64,000 nucleotides of DNA from assembly GCF_006345805.1 (NCBI RefSeq), contig NC_043005.1, forward strand, positions 34,100,001-34,164,000, given 5' to 3'. The notes under the pieces were generated by a model that worked only from the letters and a program-made list of their open reading frames with translations, was not told the DNA's origin and did not search any database. Shown here piece after piece: positions 40,070 through 53,402 of the stretch; within the stretch, counting starts at the first letter, position 1, and every line of letters starts with the position of its first letter. This DNA comes from Octopus sinensis. Lineage: Eukaryota. Both the position numbers and the translations under genes were made by a program.

Positions 40070-40560
40070 TCAGAATGTAAAGACAGAGGTCATAATACAA
40101 GTGACAGGATATTGCGAAAGGAGCAGGATTATAGAGTGCGGAGGGGTGGGGAAGTGAGTGGTGAAAATCTGGGTATGTATAGTGTTGGGTGGGGGCTGCT
40201 GGATAGCTATGATACAGAGAAATAGGACCATGAGGATAGGATTGGAAAATGAGAGGTAGGAATAGTGTATGGAGGAGGAAATGTGAGGAAGAGAAGAGAT
40301 GTAGATTGGTTTGTTGGGGTAGGATGTGTGACAAGTTTTCTTGTTATATATGGATGGAACATACAGCTCGGTGGGGGTGGGGTAGTGGACAGCAATGATA
40401 TGATACAGTGAGACAGAGTCAAGAGGACAGGATTGGGGTGTGGGAGGTAAGCATAGTGCATGAAGTGGAAATGTGAGGAAGAGAAGAGATGAAAAGATAT
40501 AGTTTGGTTTATTGTGGTAGGGTGTGTGAAACATTTTTTTTTGTTAAATGTGGGTGGGGC
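40070..40560 (-). mobile_element. pyrimidine-rich retroelement tail, possibly Penelope-derived
   Basis: Compositionally similar to the C/T/A-rich tail after the GIY-YIG relic at 59700-60050 and to 43600-44230; no protein motif. Confidence 0.35.
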
Positions 40561-40708
40561 ACACAACGCTTCTAGAACTCAGTTTTGCTGATATGGCAGG
40601 GTCTTTTCAAGAACCTCACATCGCCAGACATCTCGGTCCATTGTCATTTTCTCTATGAGGCCCAATGTCCCTTGTCATTTCCTCTGCGATGCCCTACATC
40701 TTGAGATA

Positions 40709-40758
<50 letters not shown>

Positions 40759-42056
40759 AGAAACAATAATACAGTCTTTCAAATATTTGGATAATTCCTG
40801 AGTTGATAATTTCTGTTACCTAGGTGACCTAATAAGTAATGGAATATGATCTTTAAAAAAAGCTTTGTAGCTAAGGTAAAGACAGAATAGAAAAGTTTAG
40901 AGATCTATTACTTTTGCAGGCAGCAAAACATTTCTTTTTCTCCATGAAGGACAGTTCATATAATGTTTCTTTAAGGAGCAATGATGTTGGAAGGGAGGTG
41001 GTGCAGTTAGTGAAATATGGACATTAACCCTTTTGCTGCCATAATTCTTTTGAAATACACTGCTTTTATTTCAATTAATTTTGAAAATAATGAAGAATTT
41101 AGGAAAATAACTTTGTCATAATTAAGCTGGTATTTTGAACATAAATTCTTTCTAGTTTTGGCTCAAGGCCAGCATTTTGAGGGGAGGGGGTAATTTGATT
41201 ACATTGACTCCAGTACTTGACTGATATTTTATTTTTTGGGACCTTGGAAGGATGAAAGTCAAAGTAACCTTTGCAGAATTTGAACTCAGAATGTAAAGTG
41301 CTAAGCATTTTGTCTCACATGCTAATGTTTCTACCACTTCACCACCTGTTTAAGGCATAAATTGACATGAAATTTTGATGGAAGTTTTTTAGATTACATT
41401 AAAGCAGAAAGTTGTGTCATAGAACTAAGGCAGTCACAAACAAATTTGTATGGAAAAGATTAAACATAAAGGATATATGGAGGCTGGAATTAAATGTGAC
41501 CTGCACGCTTCAATGGATGTATAATATTAGCATGCGTGCCTGATGGAGAACAAATCAGCTGGAAGAAAAATATGTAGTGTGTAAGTGAGAAAACTGAGTC
41601 ATTGTGGCCTTGTAATATGCATGGAGAAAACTGTTGGGTAAAGAAGTGTTAAGGGATCAAACTGGAAAGGAACCTATGGGAGGGGAAAATTAAAAGAAGC
41701 ACGAGAAGTGGTAAAAGTTGATTTTAAGGTTTTAAACCTCACAAGATAGATGACAGAAGACTGCAATGAAATGTGCTGGAAAAGATCCATCCGATCCATG
41801 CAAGTGTGGAAGCATGTTCATATAATGATGATGATGATAATGATGATGATGATGATGATGATAAGGAGGAGGAGGAGGATGGTGACGATGACGACGACGA
41901 CGATGATGATGATCATCACCATCACATACATGCACACACACACATATAGGGTGCAACAGAAAACCCTATCACATTTTACTCAGTCATTTGTGTGGAGCTA
42001 CGGAAGTTAGGCAGGTGCCTTCAGATTTCTAATGTTTAATAACTGTTTTTTTTCAG

Positions 42057-42170
42057 TTACCATCATGATTTTGACCAGTGCACATCATAGGTTTGCCGTT
42101 GATAAACTTATCAAAAATAGTGAATATTTTTCTGGTTTTTCTTTTGCTGCACCTGTATCATTGTACACAG
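42057..42170 (+). CDS. candidate internal coding exon (114 nt, phase 1-1), product unknown
   Basis: CTAAT branch (42029-33), T-tract, CAG acceptor, one open frame TIMILTSAHHRFAVDKLIKNSEYFSGFSFAAPVSLYT, donor AG|GTATGA; lies in non-repetitive DNA. Confidence 0.55.
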
Positions 42171-43105
42171 GTATGAAAGTACATATGCAATTATGTACAT
42201 TTACACATTTTTACAAAATATAATTATATAAATTGTACATAAATTGTCATGCACAATTATTTGATAAACATACTTGTAGCCATACCACACGCAGTGACCT
42301 TATAGTTAAACCATAGATCTCATTCGGCAGAATGAACCCAAGAACAGCTGGAATAGTTTGCATTGATTATTTTTGTCTTATCCAGTGTATCTAATTGTGT
42401 TTGTCCTACATAGAGTAAAAGCAGTTGAAAACTAGTTTTTAAAAATTCTAGGAATAACAGGTACTGATTCTACTCATTTATATATTAGTACATTGGTTGG
42501 CAGTGTGTATTATATAATTACAGTTGTGAGATAGTTACATATCAGTACAGTTACTGAAGTGTGTATAATATAACCATAACAGTAAGACATGTTTATAGTA
42601 CAGTTGCTGGAAGTGTGTATAATTGCTGTAGTAAGACATACTAACATATCAGTACAGTCAATGGTAGTCATCATCATCATCCCCAGCATCATTATTGTCG
42701 TCATCATCATTGTTGTTGTTGTCGTCATCATCCTTATCATTCAATGTCCTTCTTCCATGTTAGAGTAGGTTGGATGATTTGATAGGATCAAAGGATTCTA
42801 TTGTGCTGAGGGAAAGACTGGGCATGAGAGGAATCTAGTGTAGTGTGCAAAACAGAAGACTGCTGGTATGGACATGTAATGCATATGGATGAGCACAACT
42901 GTGTAACAAAGTACCAAAGTACCAATTACTTCATGTGGATGGTACTTATGGGCGGAGACTTAAAGCAGCATAGGATTTAGTGGTGAAAGCTCTTCTCGAG
43001 TCTTTGTATCATACAGACAAGATAAGCAAGGACTGGGATGACTGGCAATATATAGTTCTCAAGAAGACCTGCCTATCTTGACAAGACTGATTCAGGAAGC
43101 ATAAT

Positions 43106-43176
<71 letters not shown>

Positions 43177-43364
43177 ACTGGGTTCCCTGTCCAATTTCCT
43201 AGCTAAGACATTACCACCATCTATTATCTAACTACTGTATTCTGTTAATTTAATTAAATGTGTGTAGAGCTGCAGGTTTCACCTGCTTTTCCTTGATATC
43301 ACTTATCTTTTCCATGACTCAGAATCATTTCACTCAATATTCATTCTTTATTCTTAGTACGGCC

Positions 43365-43595
43365 TATTTCTTTACTACCCACAAGGGGCTAAACACAGAG
43401 GGGACAAAAAAGGACAGACAAACGGATTAAGTCGATTACATCGACTCCAGTGCGTAACTGGTACTTATTTAATCGACCCCAAAAGGATGAAAGGCAAAGT
43501 CGACCTCGGCAGAATTTGAACTCAGAACGTAACGGCAGACGAAATACTGCTAAGCATTTCGCCTGGCACGCTAACGTTTCTGCCAGCTCGCCGCC
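43365..43595 (-). mobile_element. tRNA-derived SINE (family B), young copy
   Basis: Near-identical to 62420-62650, with CpGs retained (ggcggcgagctggcagaaacgttagcgtgcc...). Confidence 0.9.
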
Positions 43596-44953
43596 TTTGT
43601 ACTGCCTTCTCCACCTTCATTTTACTTTGACCCCTTTTATGCCACAAAATTATCTCTACTTCTCCACTATTCATCTGCCCCTTCTCTTACTCACTAAAGC
43701 ATGCTTTTCCTCTTATCACACACTTACAACCTACCCAATCCCACATCCCTCTCTCTCTCTCTCTCTCTCTCACAATTCCTCTATCAGCTGTATCATTATT
43801 ACTGTTCTGCTGCTCTTCAACCTTTGCTACACAGCCAGTCATCTCCTGCTCTCCCTTACCTTCCATCAACTCATATGTATTATTGATTATCCTAGCCTGC
43901 CCGTATCCACTAGTCACCACATCCACCCCTCAACACTACGTAATCTTTACAGTTCTCACCTACTCGTCCCTACCTTCACCCCAATGTCTACTTATCCTTC
44001 AACACTTGTTCTTCATTCATTATATTCACCCCATCACATATTCCTCATCTCTAACCATCTCTCACTTTCTTCCTACACTCTTACAACCTCTACCCATCCA
44101 CACTCTCTTCTTCTGTTCCTACTCTTACTCCTTTTGTACTTTGAGGTTCCATCCTGACAACTTATCACTACTATTTTATATCTTTCCAACTCTACCCTTA
44201 TCACTCTTACCCTCTCTTCCATAGAAGAGATGGTGAGAGTGTTAAGTTATATAGCTTTTCTATGATAAGAAACCCCGTTTTGTTCTGGCCCCCTTCTTCA
44301 TACTTTAACTTCTATTCTCCTAGCATAAAACATTTTCCATCACTATTGTAGTTAAACTCAATCAAAAGGGATCATCGTCTTGAAAGCTGCACAGCAACCT
44401 CAATTGCATGGGCCCATGATAAAAGCACCCAGGACATGCTCTAAAGTGGTTAGGAAGGGCAGTCAGCTGTAGAAACCATGCTAAAGTAGACGTTGGAACT
44501 TGATGTCAGTACTCTGACCAGTCAAATTCTGTCAATCTATCCAACCCATGCATGCTTTGAACATGGATGTTAAATGATGATGATAATGACGATAACACAG
44601 ATAACACAATCACCGATGATGATGATGATGATGATGATAATGATGATGATGATGATGATGATGACAGAGTGCAATATTACTTTGTAGCATCTTTTTATTA
44701 GTAGCGTAATTCTAAGCTACTTCCTCTCTCTGTAAGAGTATTCAAACAAACATTTTTGAAAGTTGGCAATAACCAGTTGAAACTTGTTGAACCATTCCTG
44801 GATTTGACCAGTAGAGAAAACCAAAATGCATTATCCATTAAGTTTATTTATATAGCAAAGCTGAGTGTATATTTATTAATGTACACATGTGAACTTATGT
44901 GTTTGTGTGTATGTATATATATATATATATATACATTTTTTTCTCTCCTTGTT

Positions 44954-44991
44954 TCTTTCTGTGGAAGAGCGTAGGCTGGAAACATTAAAGA
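44954..44991 (+). ncRNA. variant hammerhead-like motif (CUGUGGA core) in a (TA)n-flanked stub
   Basis: TCTTT-CTGTGGA-A-GAGC(GTAG)GCTG-GAAA-CA-T-T-AAAGA: perfect 5-bp helix I, helix II with one mismatch, minimal helix III. Confidence 0.5.
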
Positions 44992-45081
44992 CTTTTTCAA
45001 TTCCCGAGCGTTATACTAATACATGTTTGTTTTCTACACCACCTGCCTTCGTCTTTTGTTTGTTTTTTTTGTGAAACCTCC

Positions 45082-45125
<44 letters not shown>

Positions 45126-45139
45126 GTATGTATATTTAA

Positions 45140-45410
45140 AGTCTGTGCCAAGTCTTCATTTAAGGCCTGTGATATGCAGAAGACTGACAGGGAGAACTAT
45201 GCACCATAGATGGAGGAAGCTGGTCAAGGAGGAGGTTGACACTTTTGAGAGAGCATACATATTCTACATGAAGAACTTAAGTATGCTGCTCGAAAGTGCA
45301 CTGCTGGTGTAGTGAATGGGGAAAGCTTGGTTTGCAATGTTTGCAGTCGTGTATGCTTGTCAAGAGTAGGGCTCATTAGCCACCAACAAAGCCATAAATG
45401 CAAAATATAA
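45140..45410 (+). mobile_element. RTE/BovB-like LINE C-terminal relic
   Basis: Reads ...WRKLVKEEVDTFE...CNVCSRVCLSRVGLISHQQSHKCKI* (terminal C2H2 motif). Confidence 0.7.
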
Positions 45411-46470
45411 GTTAGTCCTAGAGCACACTATGTTCTTGAAGGTCAGCAATGGTGTTCCTCGGTCATGAGTGGGCGGCCATCATCATCATCATATATATAT
45501 TTTCCCAGATTCTGTACCATATGTAATATATATACACCCCTGAACTGGAAATTGGTCTGTCAGGATTATTCATTTCTCCCAACAGAGTGAACTTGAGCAA
45601 GATAAAATGAAATGTCTTGCTCAGGAACAAATGTAAACACACACACACATATTAGGTGCAAGAATGATTGTGTGGTTGAAAAGTTTGTTTCCCAACAAGT
45701 GTTTTCTAATATAGCCCTAGGCCAACCACAGATTTGTGACTGAATCTGGTAGAAGGAAATTGCAGTGTTGTTCATCAGAAAATGACTGGAAAACATGTTT
45801 AATAAAGAAGAGTTGTTTACTTCATACTCCTTGTGAGTCGATTCTACCCATAAGAAAGGAACAAATAATACAAAGTAGTTGTAGTTCATAACACCTGGGC
45901 AACACCGGGGTGCATTGCTAGTGTATGTAGATATATGTATGTATATATACAGACACATGTGTGTGTGTATGTGTATATATATATATATATATATATACAT
46001 GCACACACACATACTTATGCCTATACCATGCACATACAATCTTGTAATAACACAACATTAGTGATATGTATATTAAAGTAAAAAGCTTTTATATTTTCAT
46101 AATTATGAAGTGAATTCTAGAAGAATTGATTATATTTCTAAATCGGACAATTCTACAGACTGTTTCAAGTGGTGTATATCAATACTACAATCACATCATT
46201 AATATATTCTGCTTATTTGTCTCTCTCACCTCCTCTTTCCCCACCACAGTGCCAACCTCATTTTTTTTTTTCCTTTTTCTCTAGGTTTATCTTGGGTTGC
46301 ATTGAAATGCAGAAGATGTGTGTCTGATGCAAATTTATCTTTTAAGCATATTTTATCTATGTTTGATTTTAAGACTTTTTCTTTCCTCATTAGTATATGT
46401 ATGCATATGGCCATATATTTGAATGCATGTGTGTGTATATATATATATGCTTGCACAATTAAATACATAG

Positions 46471-46530
<60 letters not shown>

Positions 46531-46656
46531 TAATACACATGCACACACACACACACACATATATATAAATGCATATATATATATATATATATATAAACAT
46601 AATACATGTATGCATACATGCATATATATGTGTGTGTGTGAGTGTGTGTGTATATA

Positions 46657-47150
46657 TACAGGGGTTGCACAAAATAATGGAAACACCTTAAAATTTCAAA
46701 CAAATTTATTTTAATATTGGGTAGGACTGTTTTGGCAGTAATTACAGCTTGAATTCTTTGAGGTATGACTTGTACAAAGTTTGAATTGTTTCCAAAGGAA
46801 TTTTTGTCCATTCTTCAGCTAAAACAGTCTCCCGCTCTGGTAGTGATGATTGTGGAGGATATCGACTCCTTACTTGTTTTTCTAAAATGATCAATAAATG
46901 TTCAATAATATTGAGATCTGGGGACTGTGGTGGCTAGATAAGATGTTCACCTTCACTAGAATGTTCCTCATGTCATTCAGTAACAACTCTAGCTGTGTGA
47001 ATTGGTGCATTATCATCCTGAAAGATTGCATTTCCCTCTGGAAACAGTTCCGCAACCATAGGATGAATTTGATGAGATAAAATGCTTAAATAGTCTCGAC
47101 TATTAATTCTACCATGAAGAGAAACCATTGGGCTGGCGAATTTCCAAGAT
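46657..47150 (-). mobile_element. Tc1 (DD34E) transposase C-terminal part plus TIR
   Basis: GRINSRDYLSIL...FPEGNAIFQDDNAPIHTARVV..., PPQSPDLNIIEHL; the left end begins TA-cagggg. Confidence 0.9.
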
Positions 47151-47299
47151 ATAGCCCCCCCCCCTTTATACCCTCTTATATCTCTCAAACAGGTGCTCTG
47201 ATGAATGTTAGATACAGTTAAAGGTATCTCATATATAAATATTTAGACATATAATACTTAAACTGCTGTACTTAACCATCCTATTCTCATACTCACTTG

Positions 47300-48090
47300 T
47301 TGTCTCTTGCTCTAGATGTTGGATGGGGTGGGGAGAAACAGTGTACCAAAGTTCTATGCTTGCTGGCAAGTGTTTTCGCAGATCTTCTTCATTTCAGGTG
47401 ATGACAAAATTTCCACAACTATTTTGCTATCACCACTCCCAAGTACTCAATCTCAGTGTTGCTACTATCAATATTGGCACAATGAAAGGAAGGAGCAGGA
47501 AGATGATTGAAATGCTGGAGCAATGCCATGTTGATGCGTGTAGTGTGCAAGAAATAAGATGGAGTGGAGCCTCACCTAGATTCCTCATGGGTAAGAGACA
47601 GAGATTCAAATTCTTCTGGATCAGCAGGGAAGATGGAGTAGGTGGTGTAAGCATACTGTTAGCAGAAAAATGGGCAGATAAGGTAATTGAGGTAGTCAGA
47701 GTATGTGATAGGGTAATTAAGAAGAGACTTATCATAGGTAAATTAACAGTTACATTTATCTCTGCCTATGGTCCTCAGTTTAGGCTGACTGATGAGTGGA
47801 AAGACCAATTTTATGAGCCCCTTTTGCAGACCACCTTAAAAAAATGACAGAAATTTGTTATTGTGGCTGGTAACTTCAATGGACAAGTTGGACTGCATCC
47901 CCATGGATTCCAGGGAGTGCATATAGGCTCTGTGGGTTTGGACCTAGAAATAAGGAGGGAACAAACTGCTGAAGTTCTGTGATGCAAATGATCTCATGAT
48001 CTGCAACACTCACTTAAAAAAAAACAGCCAGCCACCTAATCATTTATCAGTCTGGTAAGCACAGAAGCCAGATTGACTACCTCCTCACCA
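47300..48090 (+). mobile_element. RTE LINE apurinic-type endonuclease fragment
   Basis: VATINIGTMKGRS...VDACSVQEIRWSG...GVGGVSILL...ISAYGPQ...AGNFNGQVG...QIDYLLTR motifs. Confidence 0.92.
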
Positions 48091-48240
48091 GGCAACATGA
48101 GAATTGTTTTGGCTGCCATTTTCCCATCAGAAAACAGAATTTCATAGAAGCATGCTGTGACTTAATTTCAGCCATCGCAAAAATCAACGAACAGGTGAGA
48201 AACATTGCAAAACAAAGGTGCACCACATGGCAGTATGACT
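48090..48240 (-). mobile_element. mariner N-terminal (HTH) relic truncating the RTE fragment
   Basis: MAEIKSQHASMKFCFLMGK, resembling mariner xEQRxxIKFCxxLGK. Confidence 0.6.
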
Positions 48241-48422
48241 TCACTTGATGCTGCTGGCTGGCACACTGATGCCTGGGGGTCACATCAAATGGCTTCTCGT
48301 GGTAGAAGCCTGAACTACAATAGACTTGTCCTACAGAGAACATTTCAGGTTACTTTTGGGTATCCCCTCTTATATATATACTCCCTACTTATGTGTGTGC
48401 GCATGTGTGTGTGTGCATGTGT

Positions 48423-48462
<40 letters not shown>

Positions 48463-50159
48463 GCGTGCGTGTGTGTGTGAATAATAATATAACATGAGGA
48501 TAGAAGTTACATATGTATAAACACACACACATCATCATCATCATCATCATCATCTACATATCTATAAATAAATATATACAAATATATACAAGGGGGTACC
48601 CAAAAGAAACCGGAATTTTGCAATATTACTTTATTCACTTCGTTTTACATGTTTACACTTTTATTGCCTTCAAAGTATTCTCCAGTTGAAGCAGTGCACC
48701 AGTTCAGCAATGTGAATCATGATATATGTTTCTGCACTCCACATCAACTTTAAGTTGCTGGGTTCATATTCATATAGCATTATGTAAGATTACTCTTAAT
48801 AATTACTATGTATTTGAATATTGTTCAGCAACAGCTGTCTGTGGGTGCTTCATCGGGTGAAGTCCAATTAAGAACTGCTTGATTTTTCTGAATTTACCAT
48901 GTACAATACTTTCCATCAATCAAATAATTACATTCCAGTGGTAGGTGGTGTTTATGAATAACAAACTGAAAAACTCATCACATTAATGGCAACAACAATA
49001 ACTGTGTAACAGTTAATAAAATGGTTAATATTTTCTTCAGACTTTGCTTTTGTTACATTTATTCAAATCCCAAAGAATTTCTCTCAACACATGGCTATTA
49101 TACTCCCCCACAATTCCTGCTAATGATCAAAGATGCATATATTGTCAGCCACTGAGGGATATGCTCAAGTGGTTAAGGTCAAGCAAGTGACATGTATATT
49201 TGTAGTATTGAGCAGAATATTTGCTAAAACGATATTTCTGCTTCAGCAACTCAGTACTTAATCTGTCTGAATATTAATGGAAAATAAGTCAGTTTCAAAA
49301 GATTGATCTACAGGTCACAAAAGCAAAGTTTGAAGTGAATAGTAGTAATTTCATTTGATTTCTATATAGAATCAAATAGGAAATAACACTTACTGAACAA
49401 AGACAAAAATAAATAAATAATTAAACTTTTGTTACACAGTGTAATACTGACAATAACTAAGACAATGTGTCCTTACAATAACTAAGACAATGTGTCCTTC
49501 ATGTTACCTACTGTGGTGAAGAAAGAGAAAGCAACAAAGTAAAAAAAACTTATTTAAATGATAATATCGATCAAGTGAATAGTAGAGATAAAAACAAAAA
49601 CAAAAACAAAATATGATTAAAACTTAGGATGACTTTTTATACATGTAAGATGAAGTATGTTAACAGGCCTAAAACGAATAAAGCTTTCAAGTAATCCTTT
49701 GAGATTTATGTTATTTTTTATGACCCACAATGTCTTTTGATTTCTTTCTCATCATCGTCATGCTACACTTGCTTTTACTAAGTCAACCTTACTTCATGTT
49801 TTGACCTCCTTTGCCTATTTCATTACACGACTTTTTAATTTATTATTTTTTGCTTTCCAAATGTTAAAAAGTTTTACTGGTTACCCTAATATACTTCCTC
49901 CTAAAACAATGTTATCCTGTTTAGCTGCTCTTTCTAGTAAAACCTTAAACCTCCCCTAGATTGTTTCTCTCTTGTGATTTGACACTTTGTGTATGTATTC
50001 ATGATCATTGGTGATCCCAATCGACATTTATGAATGAATTACAACCTGTTATTTAAAACTTACTAACTTATATACTTACTGGCTTAAACATGCATTACGA
50101 GGTTTTTACTGAAAACACACTAAGCATGTATATATATCATAATGGGGAAGGCTGGTTTC

Positions 50160-50222
50160 TGGGGTTACCCTGGGTTTCTCGCTCACAAGGAGTTTAGCCT
50201 TACAATGTTTCTTCAGACCCCA
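50160..50222 (-). ncRNA. minimal type I hammerhead ribozyme, intact catalytic core
   Basis: Minus strand TGGGGT-CTGAAGA-[31 nt, inner stem TTGTAAGG/CCTTGTGA]-GAAA-CCC-A-GGG-TA|ACCCCA: perfect 6-bp helix I, palindromic helix III, GUA cleavage site between 50166 and 50165. Confidence 0.8.
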
Positions 50223-51829
50223 ATCATATAGTTATGAATGTATAGCTGCAGGCACACTGTGTGGTTGAAAAGCCTGCTATTTAACCACATGGTCTTGGGT
50301 TCAATCTCATTGCATAGCATCTTGGGCAAATGTCTTCTACTAAAGCCTTTGAATTGCCAAAGCCTTCACAGTGAGTTTCATAGTACACACACACACATAC
50401 AAGGAAGTTATTTTATTGCATATGAGTAGAAATATAGAAAACAAGAAGTTGAAAATGCACTGGGAGTGTTTTAGATGGTTTATTTTTAAGGCTTAACTTG
50501 TTTCACAGATTTTTTTGATTTTAAAAAATTAAGTGAGATAGAAAAATATGGGGCTATGCTGCAACTGTCTTGCTTCTGAATAGTGTTTGAAAATTCTCTT
50601 GTTTTTATTGAGAGGACATAGCTCAAATTAGTATTTGTTTAGAATATAATTTGATTGGCAGAGGAAGATCACACGATTAAAGTTCCCTACTATGTCGATG
50701 CATTAATGTCATGTGACAATATTTTTTTGTGCCACACCAACAGTTAAAAAGTATGATTGCTCTAAATGCGGACTTGCATTAACCTCATTGAAGACAAAAC
50801 ATATAGATTTAAATTAGAACAGATTCTTACTATGAAATATCATTTTACCTGTTCACCAAAAACTTCATCGTCAATAAATACAAGACCCTAGTACCAGACA
50901 GATTCCACTGAGTCTGCACATAGGCATATGTGCAAAAAGTAAGTCCCCCAGATTAAAAATCTTCCCACTTTACCATTTTTCAGTCAATACCATAGATCAA
51001 ACATGAATAAATAAAAAATAATAATCATGCAAAATTTCAAACCACAACTGAATAAACTTTAACAATTTGCATTCACCAACAACTACTCACACACAAACTC
51101 ATTCTGCCACTTGATATGTTGAATTTTTTCACAACTAACAATGTAAACTTTGGGCACAGTCATGACATTTTCTCGCATGACACTAATGCATGAATTTAGT
51201 GGAGAACAAAATTTTAAGCCAACCTACATACCTACATACACAGAAATCATATTCATAGAAACAACTAGTGTCTAGTTACTACTTGACTGATTACATTTAG
51301 AGGGTCTCAATTGTTTAGGACTGTCTCTAGATATGTTCACTCAACTGTATCAGCCTTAATTTTCAAAAAATATTGTCACATGACATTAACACAAACAATT
51401 TCTAAGCCTAATCACTTGATCATCCTCTGCAAATCAGATTGTATCCTGAATGGATACTAATTTGAGCCATGTTCTCTCCATAAAAACCAGAGAATTTTTG
51501 AACTCTAGTCAAAAGCAAGACATTTGCAACAAAGCTGCATGTCTTTCTACCTCGTTTTTGAAAATAAACCATCTAAAAGATCCCCAGTGCATTTTCAACT
51601 TCTTTTTTTCTCCCTGATACACATATTAATCAAAGTGTACAGTACAATCAATTCTACAATTCACTTTCACACTGGGGATTCAACCAGATGTTAGATAACA
51701 GTCTGATTATGTAACCTTGTGTTCATCAGAGTTGACAGTTACAGAAGAGAATATGGTGATTACACTCTGTTATACATAGATAAATATATGTAGATACATA
51801 TACATACATTCATACATTCATATATATAA

Positions 51830-51916
<87 letters not shown>

Positions 51917-52025
51917 CATCATTGACATCATCATCATTTAGCCTCTATGGTTTGGATGGCTTGACAGGAAATGGCTGCATTGAGTTTCATGGTCTGTTGT
52001 ATATGTGTATATATATACATATATG

Positions 52026-52881
52026 AAGAAAGAAATGGAGTTAAATGCAGGTGTTATTCAAATCTTTATACTTTCGACATATTTTGAAGAAAACATTGAT
52101 ATTATTCCAGAGGGAATAAAATGATGTAAAACAATGCGATCTTCTCATCAGGGGAAAAAAGAAACAATATACATCAACAAGCCATTTACACCAAATGTGA
52201 TGACTGTGTATATGATGACTGTGTATATGATGACGGGAACACTGGCAAGTTAATCTTAAAAATAAACCCTTAATAGATTTAATATCAAATGCAATTTAGA
52301 GAAAGAGAAGGAGGAGAAAGAAAGAAAATAGCAGAAATGTAGTGTGATAGATGAATAGGAATAAAGTTTAAAGGTGTGGAAATAGATATATTTAGTGGAA
52401 ATGAAATATAAGAAGTCAGTTAAAGGTCAAATTTTATAGATTGGTAGATGGCTATAAGTAATTTCTACCAATCTATAAAATTCGACCTTTAACTATCTTC
52501 TTACATTTCATTTCCACTAAATATATCTATTTCCACACCTTTAAACTTTATTCCTATTCATTTATGACACTACATTTCTCCACTCTTAGTTTTCTGCTAT
52601 TTTCTTTCTTTCTCCTTCTCTTTCTCTAAATTACATTTGACATTAAATCTATTAACAGTTTTTTAAAAAATAACTTGCCAGTGTTCCCTTCATTGTATAT
52701 GCAGTCATCACATTCGGTGAAAATGGCTTATTGATGTGTGTTGTTTCTTTTTTCCCTGATGAGAAGATCGCATTGTTTTACATCATTTTATTCCTTCTGG
52801 AATAATATCAATGTTTTCTTCAAAATATGTTGGAAGTATAAAGATTTAAATAACACCTGCATTTAACTCCATTTCTTTATT
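52026..52881. repeat. ~855-bp imperfect palindrome (arms 52026-52448 and 52464-52881, 15-nt spacer)
   Basis: Arms are reverse complements along their whole length, with scattered substitutions and two small indels; each arm carries a CTGATGA hammerhead-like motif. Confidence 0.95.
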
Positions 52882-52989
52882 TATCTGTTATACAAAAACA
52901 TTTCACTAAACCCTGGAATTTCTGCCTTTATAAGTAGGCTGTAACATCCTTGGTACTTATGTGAATTTTTTGCTGCCCTGGTTAGAAGA

Positions 52990-53390
52990 CTGCTGTAGAT
53001 TGTGGTACGTTGTATTCAGTTCTCAAGCGTAAGCTCATGTGGAACTCAAATTCCCTCTTTGCATGTTTTCCCAATTTGCTTGAGATGTTCATGAATAGTT
53101 GAGCATGACACATTAAATTTTTGCACCAAATCTCTGGCACTTTGACGTTGTTCCAGTACAATAGTCTCATTCAAAAGGTCAGAGTGGGTTGTCTTCCAGA
53201 GTGAGGATTGTCAGATATGACACAATCACCATCTTTAAACCTTTTTAAAACTCAGATGACATGTACAAGCTTTCACTGCATCTGGATACACTTCACAAAT
53301 GTTTTTCATTGCCTCTGTAATGGTATTTTTCTTTTGAAACTCATACAGTAAACAATGGAAAATATGTTGTTTGATAAAATTCTTATATCT
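52990..53390 (-). mobile_element. mariner transposase N-terminal relic
   Basis: KQHIFHCLLYEFQKKNTITEAMKNICEVYPDAVKACTC...FKKV, a mariner HTH; its 5' end is interrupted by (TA)n and the HHR stub. Confidence 0.8.
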
Positions 53391-53402
53391 ATATATATAT
53401 AG

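Noticed and set aside
48829-49020. Possible terminal exon (TAVCGCFIG*) with downstream AATAAA
   Set aside because: Weak acceptor, very short frame and no independent support; cannot be told from chance.
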